From the human T2T-CHM13v2.0 reference genome, Homo sapiens: DNA of 64,000 nt. Below, in pieces: positions 15,804-30,186 of this stretch. Under the pieces are notes generated by a model that made no database searches, was not told the DNA's origin, and saw nothing but the letters and a program-made list of their open reading frames with translations. The stretch's first letter is position 1. Every line of letters begins with the position of its first letter. The translations under genes were made by a program, and so were the position numbers. The DNA is taken from assembly GCF_009914755.1 (NCBI RefSeq), contig NC_060928.1; one strand, given 5' to 3'.

Positions 15804-17111
15804 CCAGGTTTTAAACCCAGGAACTCCAACTATAGGCTTGTTTCTCCACATATCACCATGCCACCAAGTAATTTAAAGACTTTGGTGGTAAAGCAAAGGC
15901 CAGCCTCAGGTGATTAAGGAGGATCCTTTTCTTCCTCCCTTTTTATATGGAGCAGGATCCCAGCCCGTTTGTAAAAAAATAGAAGGACACAGAAGGGAAA
16001 ACTTGAAAATGAAAACTGAAAAACAAGTCATGAAATCAGAAGATGTGAGATCAAAAGCAAAATAAAATAGTTTACCTTAGAAGGCTGTGCCTGGATCCAA
16101 CAATAGGCCTCAGACCCTTGCAGAAAGAAGAAGGGGGCAGCCCAGAATTAAAAAAAAAAAAAAACAAAAAAAAAACCCGCAAGCTATTGTGATGTGCCAG
16201 GCACCACTGCAGGTTTTTGACTTGTATTAACCCATTTAACCCTCCCAACAACCCTGTTGCCCCTGTTTTATAGATGAGGAGACAGCCTGCTGAGGTTAAG
16301 GAATGTTTTCCATCCCCAACTTGGCACACAGGCTCTGGAGTCTGGCCCTTGCCTGTCTCAGTACTGTTTCAGGCTGTTGCCCTCAGACCCCGCCATGCCT
16401 TCCAGGGTCAAGAAAGGCATGTGAGCAGGCAGCTTGAGCTCCCTGTCACGTGTAGACAGTGAGAATAATGTGCCTTCCCCAAAGGCAGTTATGAAGATCA
16501 GAGGAGATAATTTATGAAAAGTGCAAGCTCTCTTGAGAGTAGGGGATTTTGTTTGTTCACCTTACAAGGCAGGTGTTGAGTCAATAGGCTGCAGTCAGTG
16601 AAGGAATGAATGCAGTGGCATGCGCAGCGTGGTGGTCTAAGTGGTAGTTTTGGTCCATCCCTAGGGGAGCACAAGTCTTGGGCAGAGGATCAAAAGCACA
16701 CACCTCTGAGAAGCCAAGTGTTTTTGTCTGTAACCTTTGATCATTCAAAAGGAAGCATTTTCTAACCTCTGCATTTTTTTACCCAAACTGTACAAAGGCT
16801 TCCTTGCTGTCCAAGTTGTGGTATACTCCAGTGCAGCTGCCTGGCTTCCAAGAGAAACTTAGCACTTCTTGTTCTGTTTGTAGCCTCAAATCAACATGTA
16901 ACCAAAAGCTGTGAATGAATAATCCAAACTTGAAGAACCCCAGATTTTATTCAGGAGGAGTAACTGGAAGCCATAACCATGAACTTCCATATCTGTCATA
17001 GGAAAGAGGTTGGCCTCAGCAGCAATGAGGGATAATTCTTTCAAGAAAGGAATGAAGAGAGAAGTTAGATGGAAAAGAGATTTTTAAGGTCAAAAGAAGC
17101 AGCTGAAGAAC

Positions 17112-17255
17112 ATGTGTAGGACAGCCTTAGGAGTTACTACACTTCAAGACCTGGGTGTCTGCTGGAGGAAGGAACATGACCCTGCGGAGATGTTAAGGGT
17201 TGGGAGAGCTGAGCTTGGAGGCTGGAAGCCCAGCTGGGAGGCTATTGTTAAAGAG
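17112..17255 (+). CDS. HADH: HADH alternative first coding exon (48 codons; 318-aa isoform when spliced to exon 2)
   Basis: ATG 17112 open to a strong donor GAG|GTAAGA at 17256, phase 0 like exon 1; MCRTALGVTTLQDLGVCWRKEHDPAEMLRVGRAELGGWKPSWEAIVKE. 48+270=318 aa, matching my recollection of an annotated isoform. Confidence 0.7.
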
Positions 17256-18705
17256 GTAAGATGACCCTAAACTAGTATTCAGGATGTTATGTGGTACTAA
17301 AAGGAATGTTAAACGAAGTGATAATACTGTATTCAGTTTAAATGTTTATTTTATACTGTAACTCACCATATATACCTTCTTTTTTTCTTTCTTTCTTTAT
17401 TTTCTGTATTGGAAACTCCTAATCAAGATACCTTCTTTCTTAATATTTGATCTTATGGTTACCAAAAAGATTAAATCAAGCCATTGTTTTTCAAACTAGG
17501 GTCTTTGGGGATCTAAAACTTACATTAAACAATCTTAAAATTTGCCTTTTTTTGGATGATCCTAGAATTAATACAAGTGTATTCTGGATGATTTGAATGT
17601 TTCATCACTAACGAGATCTGAGATATCCATCCCCTTATGTGCATTTGTGTTCATATTATTATTTGTGCCAAGTGAAGCCACAGTGTCTCCTCCAAGGACA
17701 TTTTGCCGTAAGTTGAAGAAAGAAAAATGGTGGGAGAATGGAGCAATTACAGGCACTTGATAATGTTGGTGTTAGGACTTCGAATGCTAAAGAATGGGGC
17801 CTCACAATGGTCAGTACAGTATTTATGTTGTAAATGTGTGTGTTGCCCGGATTCATTCTTTGGAAGAATAATTAGTTATAGGCATAATGGTAACTGTGAA
17901 TGAATTTTCCTCTTCCAAATATCAAATACAGTCATATGCTCATTTAATCCAGATTTTAATATCATAATTATCTTGTTTCGAAAGAACAAACTGCATAACT
18001 AAAGTGATGCTTCATTAAAATTGACATTTGACCTTGGAGAACTGATTAAATAAAATTAAATGAGATAGGATAGGCCTGGTGTCTGGCATTTGGAACGCAC
18101 TCTGTATGGGAGCTGTTATTAGGGCTGGCAAACCTCAATGGGCTCTGGTTTCAGTTGGTTGTGGAGTCTTTCACGGAATTTCTTCTCTAGGAGATTCAAG
18201 ATTTTCTCCCAGCATTGTAGCCTGTGGAGAAGAAAGGAGGATCAAAGCTCAAAGGTGGTGGTTAGTCAGCCAGGAGCAGGCAGGTGACCATCAAGGAATC
18301 TGTACAGGGGATGGTAGATGCAAGTGTGGCCAGAGGTCAAGGCTAGAAAAGTGCTATTGCAGAGAAAGGGGCTAGAACAAACATAGTCAAGGAAGCAAGT
18401 GCAGGGCCTGACCTTCAAGAAAGGAATTAAGCAAGCTTTATGTAGGACTGATGGAGCAAGACCCTGATGTGAAGAGTCCCAGGCAGGAGGCCTGGTGGGG
18501 CTTGACCTTTCCTTAGGGAGTGTGTGGGGGAGGAGTCTTCCCAAAAGTGTCTTCAGCATAGCGTCTGGAACTTTCAGAGAGCAACAGGAAGACTTTGGAA
18601 CTCAATTGGTTTAGAGCTTCTCAGTGGTTTGAGGAGATAGATGGCAACCTAGGAGTGGCTGGTGTAGACAGGGATAGGGATCAGAGCCGACAGGTTATTT
18701 TAGGG

Positions 18706-19048
18706 CAGTGCTCAGTATCTGGGGGTGTTTTTAAAAATAGCAATGACTAGGCACCACCCCAGACTAGAGGAATTAGAATATCTGTAGGTGGGGCCTGGGG
18801 TTTGGGCTTTTTAAATATTCCCAGTTGTTTCTAATCTGTGCCAGATCAGAGCACAGATCTTAGAGCAGTGGTTCTGAAACCTTGGTGAGCATCAGAGTCA
18901 CTTGGAAGGCTTGCTAAACCACAGCTCACTGAGCCCTACCCAGAGTTTGATTCATTGGGTCTGGAGTGGAGTCTGAGAATTTGTATTTCTAACAAGTCCC
19001 CAGGTGATTGTTGCTGCTGGTCAATGACCCACACTTTGAGAACCCTTG
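18706..19048. mobile_element. Two adjacent MER5-type hAT MITEs
   Basis: CAGTGGTTCT...ACTTTGAGAACC ends; AATTTGTATTTCTAACAAGTCCCCAGGTGAT core. Confidence 0.65.
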
Positions 19049-19351
19049 TCCTAGAACCACAAAAGGGTTAGGGTGTTCTGTGTTGCTTTTGAGTCTGTAA
19101 TGCTGACATGGAAACTGTCATTTGTCTGGATAGGTGCACTTGTTTATCAGGTAATTTTTGCTATTACTGTGACTTTAATTTGATTGAAGCTGAAGGATTC
19201 TTGTTGAGGGTGGTATGTGTTAGTTTCACTTACTAGCCCTGGGGCCTTAGGCACATTATTTAACCTCTCTAAGCCTCAGTTTTCCTCATCTATAAAATGG
19301 ATTAGGGTTGTTGGATTAATCAGAAATAGTCTTGGAAAACGCAGATTATGA

Positions 19352-19743
<392 letters not shown>

Positions 19744-22096
19744 AAGGCTTAAGTTCTTTCTGAGGGTAGGTAGAGATTGACTTCTGTTGGCTCTCTCAGC
19801 CCTTGGAGATCTCATAGAAGAAATAAGACAAGTGTACTAATAATTCAGAAATAAACAATGTGGCCTTCAGGTGGCCTATGGCTGCTCACCCATGCTTAAG
19901 AGTACCATAGCCTGTCGAACCAGTCTGGGGATAAAAGTTGTGCAGTTTTTAATGGTCCAAATGAGAGAAAGGAATAGCCTGCCTAATATCTTGAGTCCAT
20001 CTCTGTTATGGCCCATTTAGACTAACGCACCAGTAGGAGATGAACACCAACTCCATGTGGATAGATTAATCAAAGAACATTGGACCTATAATCCTGTGGA
20101 TATCTTATTAAGCATCTAATATGTACCAGGCATCAGGTTATATGTTTTTCATGCATTGATTGCTCACTGTGGGTCATGGGTTGGGCACTGGGGTTTGTAA
20201 AGATGATTAAGACTTGAAGCTGCCCTTAGAAGTTGCTAACCTTGTGTCTCTAGGGTATGACTGTAAGAAATGATGGCAAGGAACCTTGCACTTTTAGATT
20301 GGGTTGATCTCTGCACATGGGTAAAATGAAAATGCTACTATAATTTGAAATCACTTGAAGTTATGCTATAGTGGTAGTTTATTGCAACACAATAAATTGT
20401 GACCTGCATCACTGACTTGAATCATTGGCTAGATGGGCCTTGGTCCGTTGCCACTTAGGGGAAAACCTTGGTTTGGATTGATGAGGGTTTTGCTTTTGGG
20501 ACGTTGTTTTACTTTGCTGCCTGCCCGCAGCCTGTGGAATGTTTCTGCTGATGGGCTGGTTTCCTGCTTGCCTCTGTCCTTGTATCAAGATAATTCATTC
20601 CACGTTGCCCCGGTTGCCCAGTCCTGGTTGTCAGACTTTTTGGTCCTGGGAGCGTTTTCATGCCTTGGTTCCCAGACGGTGCTGATGCAGCCTGCAGGTC
20701 CACAGGCTCAGACATGAGCCCACTGTGTGCTGCTTTCTCAGGGAGCCATGAGTGCAGTTGAAATAACCTTGCACTTAAAACCTGTCTTACCATTTTGAAA
20801 ACTGTTCTTTGGAAATCTTGCCTTGGGATTTGAACGTCTTTGCCTTTAGGTTTTGCTCTTTTGTTTCTGTTTCTTTTACTCATTGGTTTTCTGCTTTTGA
20901 GTTTTGGTTGCCTTGCTTCAAAAATCTTATATCACGACCATGGTTTGGGACTATTTCTGTCATCTCCTTGTTCTTCTCTGGGCAAGTTCATTCCAGATAA
21001 CTTGCCCCTCTCCTGCACACTGTTGGTGTCATCGAGGTTCCAAAGCAATGGTTTTGCAGGGGGCTTCTCAGATCCTGAGGGATATCTCAGTTCTGCTGTC
21101 CTCTTGCATCATTTATGATTATATTAGGTCATGCCTGTCCTCTTGCTTCTGGCCTGAACTAATTCACTTACACGTGCCTATAAGGTGATCGAGGTGACCC
21201 AATGATCTTCTTTTAGCCACAATACCTATTCCATGATCCTTGCTGAAGCTATTGCCAGACAGTGATGAAATAGGGATTGATTTGTCACTCACTGTGACTA
21301 AGCTAAGCTGGCTGTGTGTGAGCTTGGGCAGTTTCACTAAACATTCCCCTTACCCTAGGATTCCTCCCTCAGCCAGGGTGGCATGGTGAAGGCAGGGAAT
21401 TGCCCATCCTAAATTAGCTGATCCCAAAGACTTCATTTTCTTGGGAGTCTTGTCACCAAATAGCCCTTGGGGACAGGAGTCTTTTTGCCACCATTATTAG
21501 AGTTTAAATTCTTACCTATTACTGATTTAAGGGCTGTAGAAGAGAGAAGGGCCAAGAGGCCAAGCTGTACAAGGGGCTCCAGCTCCAAGGAGAAAAGGAT
21601 GGTGGCTGGGGAGTGGGTGCTCTGGGAACAGCCTGCTGAGCACTTTGAAATATGGCTAGTGCCACTGAGGAACTGAATATTTAATTTTACTTAATTCCAA
21701 TTAATTTAAATAGCCACATGTAGCTAGTGGCCCCTGAATGGAACAGTGCAGTGTTAAAATCAGTACAGAGAAGTATTTAGAGCTTGGCCTTCAGGGCTTT
21801 GATTCAGATTCCGGCTCTGCTGTCTACCCATTGAGTGACCATAGGGACACTTCTTAACCTTCTACAGTTGTTTCAAGAATTTGTTGTATTCAATATAAAG
21901 GGTTTAGAACAGTGCCTGGCAAGAAGTGTGTGTTTAGTTAATGTTGACTTATCATATGTTCACTCGGTATTTTGAATGGAATGGTAGTAGAATTCATGTG
22001 GAATATGAAATGCCACTGTTTTTTGGGGTGGGGTGTGTGCGCGTGCGTGTTATGTTTTCTTTCTTTTAAAAAGAAATTGTTCTTTTGTTGCTCTAG

Positions 22097-22345
<249 letters not shown>

Positions 22346-22984
22346 TAAAACTCATTTTTCCATAACTTTAAACCAATATAATAACATAATTACTAAACAT
22401 TCAGGGGGTACTGATTACAAAACAGGAGAAGTAAATAACCATTTTGTTGGGTGGGATTTGAGGTTGAGAAGAAAGCTTGTACATACAGGTGGTGAACTCA
22501 TTCTAGAAGAACATGAGAATTTGGAATTGAAGAACACTTGTTTTGCTAAAAGGATGGAAGAAGAAGAAACAGGAAGATAATTTTTATACTACAAGTTAAG
22601 AAGAGAATGATATAATAAATATGGTATTTATAGAAACTAAGAGTGAATCATTCTACTTGCCAGGAGCAGAAGAGATAGAAGAATTTGAGGAACTCTGTGG
22701 AGGCTGGGAATACAACAGCATGGTGGGATGAGAAGGAGTTGGTGACTAAGGGCCATGCTGTTTTTCAGCGCACTTTCACTTAGGAGTTTGCATTTAATTA
22801 GAAATACAGCACAAATCACCCAAACAAATTTTAATTTACCTTTTGTCATCTTGTTAAAGTTGCTTAAGATTGATTTCCTTGGGGCTTGGATAGAATTTCT
22901 CGCTGTATGCAGCCAGAGAAAAGTACACATAAGGCATTTGTTGTTTCTCACTTCAAGTATCCAAGGTGGTATATCTAGATGCTT

Positions 22985-24575
<1,591 letters not shown>

Positions 24576-24654
24576 GTGGCCTTTAGATGATGGTGGAGAT
24601 AATTTTACCTTCTCTAGGATGAAATTCAAATAATAAATATCACAGGCAGATTAA

Positions 24655-25245
24655 TGTTAGAAATGCTTGTTCTTTGGTGCTGTAAAGAAATAGCACTTGA
24701 AATAAATTTAATTTCCTCAGCAAGACCATTTTTACTTTCTGCAGAAAGGGTACACTCGCCAGCATTTTTGCCACAAGAGTACACCGAACAAAGGAGACAG
24801 GGTCATTTATAACCTGACACGTCCATCTTACTGCTGTGTCCGGTTTCTATTGGCTGGGACGGGACTTCACATTCAAATGTATTTGTCTTGATTGGCTAGC
24901 AACTTAGAACTTTTTGAAAGAGGCAAAGGCAGATGAGAACAAAGGAAGGAGGAAGTAACTTGTGGAATGCTGAGAAAGGTAAAAACACCTCTAAATAAGG
25001 AAGAGGAACAGGCTATGACCTAATGCCCACTTGGACCAGTATAAGCATGCCAGGGCAAATATTTAGGCTAAATTGTGGGAGCTAAGAACATAAAGTACAT
25101 TGATTTCTTTATTACAGCTAGCAGATATTGAAGAATGTTAACAGGTCTTAGAATAAATTTTGCTTCTAAGAAAAGTTACTATTTATTCTTAATTAGATGG
25201 GGAGGAGAGTCTCTTTGAAGAGGAACTTCTACTTTACTTTTTACA
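24655..25245 (-). mobile_element. Solo ERV1 LTR, LTR10-type (591 bp)
   Basis: Reverse-complement homologue of 93-678; TG...CA ends; flanked by TTAA on both sides. Confidence 0.8.
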
Positions 25246-25278
25246 TTAAGATATTCTTCACCTGTCCCTTATATTCTT

Positions 25279-25568
25279 TTTTGTTGAGACGGAGGAGTCT
25301 TGCTCTGTAGCCAAGGCTGGAGTGCAGTTGCGCGATGTCGGCTCACTGCAAGCTCCACCTCCCGGGTTCACGCCATTCTCCTGCCTCAGCCTTTTGAGTA
25401 GCTGGGACTGCAGGCGCCCGCTACCACGCCCAGCAAATTTTTGTATTTTTAGTGGAGACGGGGTTTCACCATGTTATCCCGGATGGTCTCGATCTCCTAA
25501 CCTCGTGATCCGCCTGCCTCGGCCTCCCGAAGTGCTGGGATTACAGGTGTGAGCCACTGCGCCCGGAC
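25279..25568 (-). mobile_element. AluY-like
   Basis: CpG-rich, GGGTTCACGCCATTCTC; TSD CA(C/T)CTGTCCCTTATATTCTT. Confidence 0.9.
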
Positions 25569-26768
25569 CATCTGTCCCTTATATTCTTAATTGTAGTGGG
25601 ACCCCATGCAGGGGATGTTATGAGGAGGGTCCAGACAGATGAGATTATAAGAGCCCTGGGCTGAGGGTTGGAGTCTAGGACAGAGTGAGTTTGACCCAGA
25701 TAGCCTGCATTTTCTGCTTGTTTACAGACTTTCAGCTAATTGTCTCCTTGGGCTGAGTTTCTGAGCCACACCCTAAAGATAAAAGGATGGCCCCTATGCT
25801 CAAGTTGCTCAGCTCTGGCTAGCTACTCCTCAGAAGTCTATACTCCTGAGGTTTCTCTCCTCTGCCAGGGACACCACTGAGGAGGGAGGTGTCAGTTTCT
25901 CTGCCTAGTTGACATACTATGCTTATCTAGCTCTATACTGACCACCAATATAATAGCTACTCACAAGTGGCTACTGAGTGCTTGAAATGTGGCTAGTCTA
26001 GATAGAAATGTGCTCTGAGTGTAAAATAGACACTAGATTTTAAAGCTATAATAGGGGAAAAATATATAAAACATCTCAATATTTTTAAATATTGAGTACC
26101 TGTTAAAGTGATGGCATCTTAGATATATTGGGTTAAATAACATTAATTTCACCTGCGAATGTCTTTTCCCTTTTTTTAATGTGGCTAGTAGAATATTTCT
26201 GTATAACAGCTGAGATCTAGCTGCTTATTCCATGATGATTTTGGATGCCTTTGCTGATTATGACTATTTTGATGCCCTGTGGACAAATTACACTATGAAA
26301 TAAAATGGCGGCTTATAGAGGCACCATCTCCAATTCTGTCCTTATTGAGGTCTGTGGAAACCTGGAGTCACAGGAGAAAAATGAGGAAACGATGAAAACT
26401 ACAGGCTCTTTGGCAGCAGAGGCTGTGTCTAGCTTGTTTCGGAAACAACAGTTTCAGGCATATGACAGACAATAATTATTTGATAAATGCTAAGTCGGCT
26501 TTCTTACCCTGGCTCTTGCCCTTGCTCTAATAGGAGCTAGTCTCTGCTTTTATTAGAGAGGAATAGTCAGCACCACCTCAAGACTAATGGATGGCAGGGA
26601 GCTATGGAAGGATAAATTACAGGCTTCGTGGACACTTTGAGAACAGATAGGGTAGGCCAATACAGGTGCTCTGAACACCCAGTTTGCTAACTGGAGCAGA
26701 GCTAAGAACTTGAAAGATAATTTCCAGTGAGCCCGGTGAATGTTCTCTTCTTCCTCCCACTGCATTAG

Positions 26769-26926
26769 GCCGGCGATGAATTTGTGGAGAAGACCCTGAG
26801 CACCATAGCGACCAGCACGGATGCAGCCTCCGTTGTCCACAGCACAGACTTGGTGGTGGAAGCCATCGTGGAGAATCTGAAGGTGAAAAACGAGCTCTTC
26901 AAAAGGCTGGACAAGTTTGCTGCTGA
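26769..26926 (+). CDS. HADH: HADH coding exon 3
   Basis: TAG|GCCGGC...TGA|GTATGT; [10 protein letters not shown]...[27 protein letters not shown]; 158 nt. Confidence 0.98.
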
Positions 26927-26947
26927 GTATGTAACCTCTGGACAATC

Positions 26948-27790
26948 TTCTTTTTTTTTTTTTTTAACCTTATTTTTGTTTTTCATTTTTATTTTTTGTT
27001 TTTATAGATTTGTGAGTACAAGTGCAGTTTTGTTCCATGCCTATATTGTGTAGTGGTGAAGTCTGGGCTTTTAGTATACCCATCACCCACATAGTGAACA
27101 CTGTACCCAATAGGTAATTTTTCAACCCTCGCCACCCTCCCACCTTTTGAACTCTCCAGTGTCTGTTATTTCCCTCTGTACATCCATGGGTACCTGTTAT
27201 TTAGCTATCACTTATATGTGAGAACATATGGTATTTGACTGAGTTGTTTCACTTAAGATAATGGCCTTCACTCCTGTTCATGTTGCTTCAAAAGACATGA
27301 TTTTATTCTTTTTTATAGCTGAGTAGTATTCCATGGTGTATATATGCCACATTTTCTTTAATCAGCCATTGATGGACACTTAGGTTGATTTCGTGTCTTT
27401 GCTATTGTGAATAGTGCTGCAATAAACATATGAGTGCAGGTATCTTTTTGATAGAATGAGTTTTTTTCCTTTGAATATATACCCAATAGTGGGGCTGCTG
27501 GATCGCATGGTAGTTCTGTTTTTAGTTTTTTGAGAAATCTCCATACTGTTTTCCTTAAAGGTTGTACTAATTTACATTGCCACCACCAGCATGCAGGGGT
27601 TCCCTTTCTCCAGATTCTCACCAACATCTGTTGGTTTTGACTTTTTAATAAAAGCCATTCTGACTGGTATCAGGTGCTAAACTCATTGTGGTTTTAATTT
27701 CCATTTCTCTGTTGATTAGTGATGCTGAGCATTTTCTCATATGTTTATTGACCACTAGTGTGTCTTTTTTTGAAAAATATCTGTTCATGA
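26948..27790 (-). mobile_element. L1MA-type 3' fragment
   Basis: T-rich tail, L1 3'UTR and degenerate ORF2 C-terminus (ORFs 27358-27627, 27645-27899). Confidence 0.8.
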
Positions 27791-28182
27791 CCCCTGGACA
27801 TTCTTGACAGATTCTGAGGGGTCCCTCCCTGGGCCTTGAACTTTCCTCCTTGTTTATTGCCTTCTCCCAGGAAGGGATCCTTTGACCAAGTTTATCCACC
27901 TCCCTCTCTCCTACCCCACAGCTATTTCAAGAAAAGCCAATATGGTTTCCGTTGTTCTCCATCCTCCCACTCCCAGTTTGCTTCTGAAGCTTGGGCTGCT
28001 GTGATCTGATCCTTGTCCCAGATGCGTGTAGAATTACCCATGGTAACATGGAGGGGTCCATCCAGGGACAGGCCTATGTTTCTTGAAGTGTGTAGGTCAT
28101 GGATACTCCTATGCCAGAAGCTGCTCTGACGTTCCTTGGTTCATTTCACACTGGCATCTAGAGGCTGCAGAGACATCTGACA

Positions 28183-28263
28183 GCAGACAGTTAAGGACAT
28201 GTAGGGTACTTCTGTGCTCCACTCTCGGGCATAGGAGTACCCTACGTGTCCTTAACTGTCTGC
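28183..28263 (+). repeat. Inverted repeat/hairpin: 37-bp arms, 7-nt loop
   Basis: 28183-28219 pairs with 28227-28263: 33 Watson-Crick and 4 G:U pairs on the + strand. Confidence 0.95.
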
Positions 28264-29894
28264 CAAGGACCCTCAGAGCAGTTCTGTGTTTCCTCCTTTT
28301 TTGGATGGAGCAAACAGAATGGTGTAATTGAAGGGAATGCCTATAGACAGAGAGGACTTTCCTGTTTTGAGCTTCATCTGGGTTCAATCGAAGTACTCTT
28401 GGGAGTGTTAAAGGAGCATTGACTTCTTAGCTGGCTGGCTTCCTGGTGGAATTCTTCCTGGCAGAATGTACCTTGGGATCCAGAGCCTTCGAGTGTGTGA
28501 CACCTGACCCACTGATCAGTGCTCTTCTAGTGACTTGTTTGACTATATTTTCATGCTTCTTGGTTGGAATTGAATGGCAGAATAAGATTATATGACAAAA
28601 GCAATTCTCAGGGCACTTCCGGTGGGCAGTGGCTAAAGAGAGTCACTTGCATACCAGCTTGTCGGAATGTTAACCTTCAGAGATGGGTGGCCTTGTGGCC
28701 AGAGAGGCCCTGCCCCTGACAAAGAGAAGAGACTTGCCTTTCTGTCATCTGTCCATCACTGCCAATCAGTGTCCTCGTGCATTTCACACTGGCATCTAGA
28801 GGCTACAGAGACATCTGACAAAAACAGAATATACTTGTGGTACCGGGACTGGCTCCCAGGCCAGCAGGGAGCCCTCTGGGATAATAAACAGCCACCCCAA
28901 AAAAGGGAGTTTTGTCAAGCAGTTTGATCTTTATTGAAAAGATTGGTCGCTCTTGGTGACAGTGAAAGGCCTGACTGCCCTCCATTGTCCATGTCTGGTA
29001 CAGAAGAAGGATCACTGGAGAAAGTCAGGAGGCCTGGGCCTGGTGCTGACCCCCTCACCACCTCCAGCCTTGGAAAGGTCCTCAGTTTCGTCATCTGTAA
29101 TGCAAGTTGAGGTGATTGGGGTAAATAATTTCCTAGACCTTTCTGGCTCTAACTCTCTAAGACTAGCTTCCCCCATTTGTAAAATAGGAGCAGCAGCACT
29201 GGTACCTATTGTACAGAGTTGTTTAGGAAACTCATTTCATTTAGCTCACATTTCCTGAGTGCCTGCTGTGTATCAGGCACTACACTAGGCTCTTTAACCT
29301 GAATTGATGCAAAACAGATATGAGGTGTGAAAAGAAGGCATGACCCATAGTCATACCAAAGATGTGACTTTGCTGCTGACCTTCTCCACCTTTCTTGGCA
29401 CTGTTTGTTTTTGTTTTAGATCACCACCATTATTGAATGCTTGCTACAATTTTTAAGCAGCCGTATTGAGAGGTACTTTACTGACAAATTTTACAGTTCG
29501 ATCCTATAATGGGAGAAGAAAATATAGTCAAGTGATACATTTCGGGTTGGAAGCCCTGATGAAACAGTTGCATCCTGGAGAGAACATGACTTCTCTAGCA
29601 GCAGCCTAAGACACACAAATGAAAAGTATGACCAGACGCACAGGCAGCCAGATCGAAGTCCTGACTTTCCCCTTTAGACAAAGTACAGACTCTTGAATCC
29701 TTTGCCATCCCCACCAACCCTCTTGTCTTCTTTATACTAGGGTCTGGGGCCATTGCTAATAATCACTGTGCTTGTGTTGTCGATTTTCTTTTAGAACATT
29801 TAAGAGAAAAGTAGTTTTTTTGGTACCTGAGTGTCCGAATGAAAAAAACAAAAGATGGTTCAAGACAAGTGTTTCCAGGAACATGTAAGAGTAC

Positions 29895-30186
29895 TTTTTT
29901 TTTTTTTTGAGACGGAGTCTCGCTCTGTCGCCCAGGCTGGAGTGCAGTGGCATGATCTTAAGCTCACTGAAACCTCTGCCCCCCAGGTTCAAGCAATTCT
30001 CCTGCCTCAGCCTCCCTAGTGGCTGGGATTACAGGCATGCGCTACCATGCCCAGCTAATTTTTGTATTTTTAGTAGAGACGGGGCATGTTGGCCAGGCTC
30101 GTCTCGAACTCCTGACTTCAAGTGATCCACCTGCCTCGGCCTCCTAAAGTGCTGGTATTACAAGTGTGAGCCACCGTGCCCAGCCC
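29895..30186 (-). mobile_element. Alu (S-type)
   Basis: Poly(T) plus consensus; TSD AGAGTAC. Confidence 0.9.

Noticed and set aside
28142-28820. 41-bp direct repeats as a CRISPR-like array
   Set aside because: Only two copies, 638 bp apart, in eukaryotic intronic DNA, with no cas genes.
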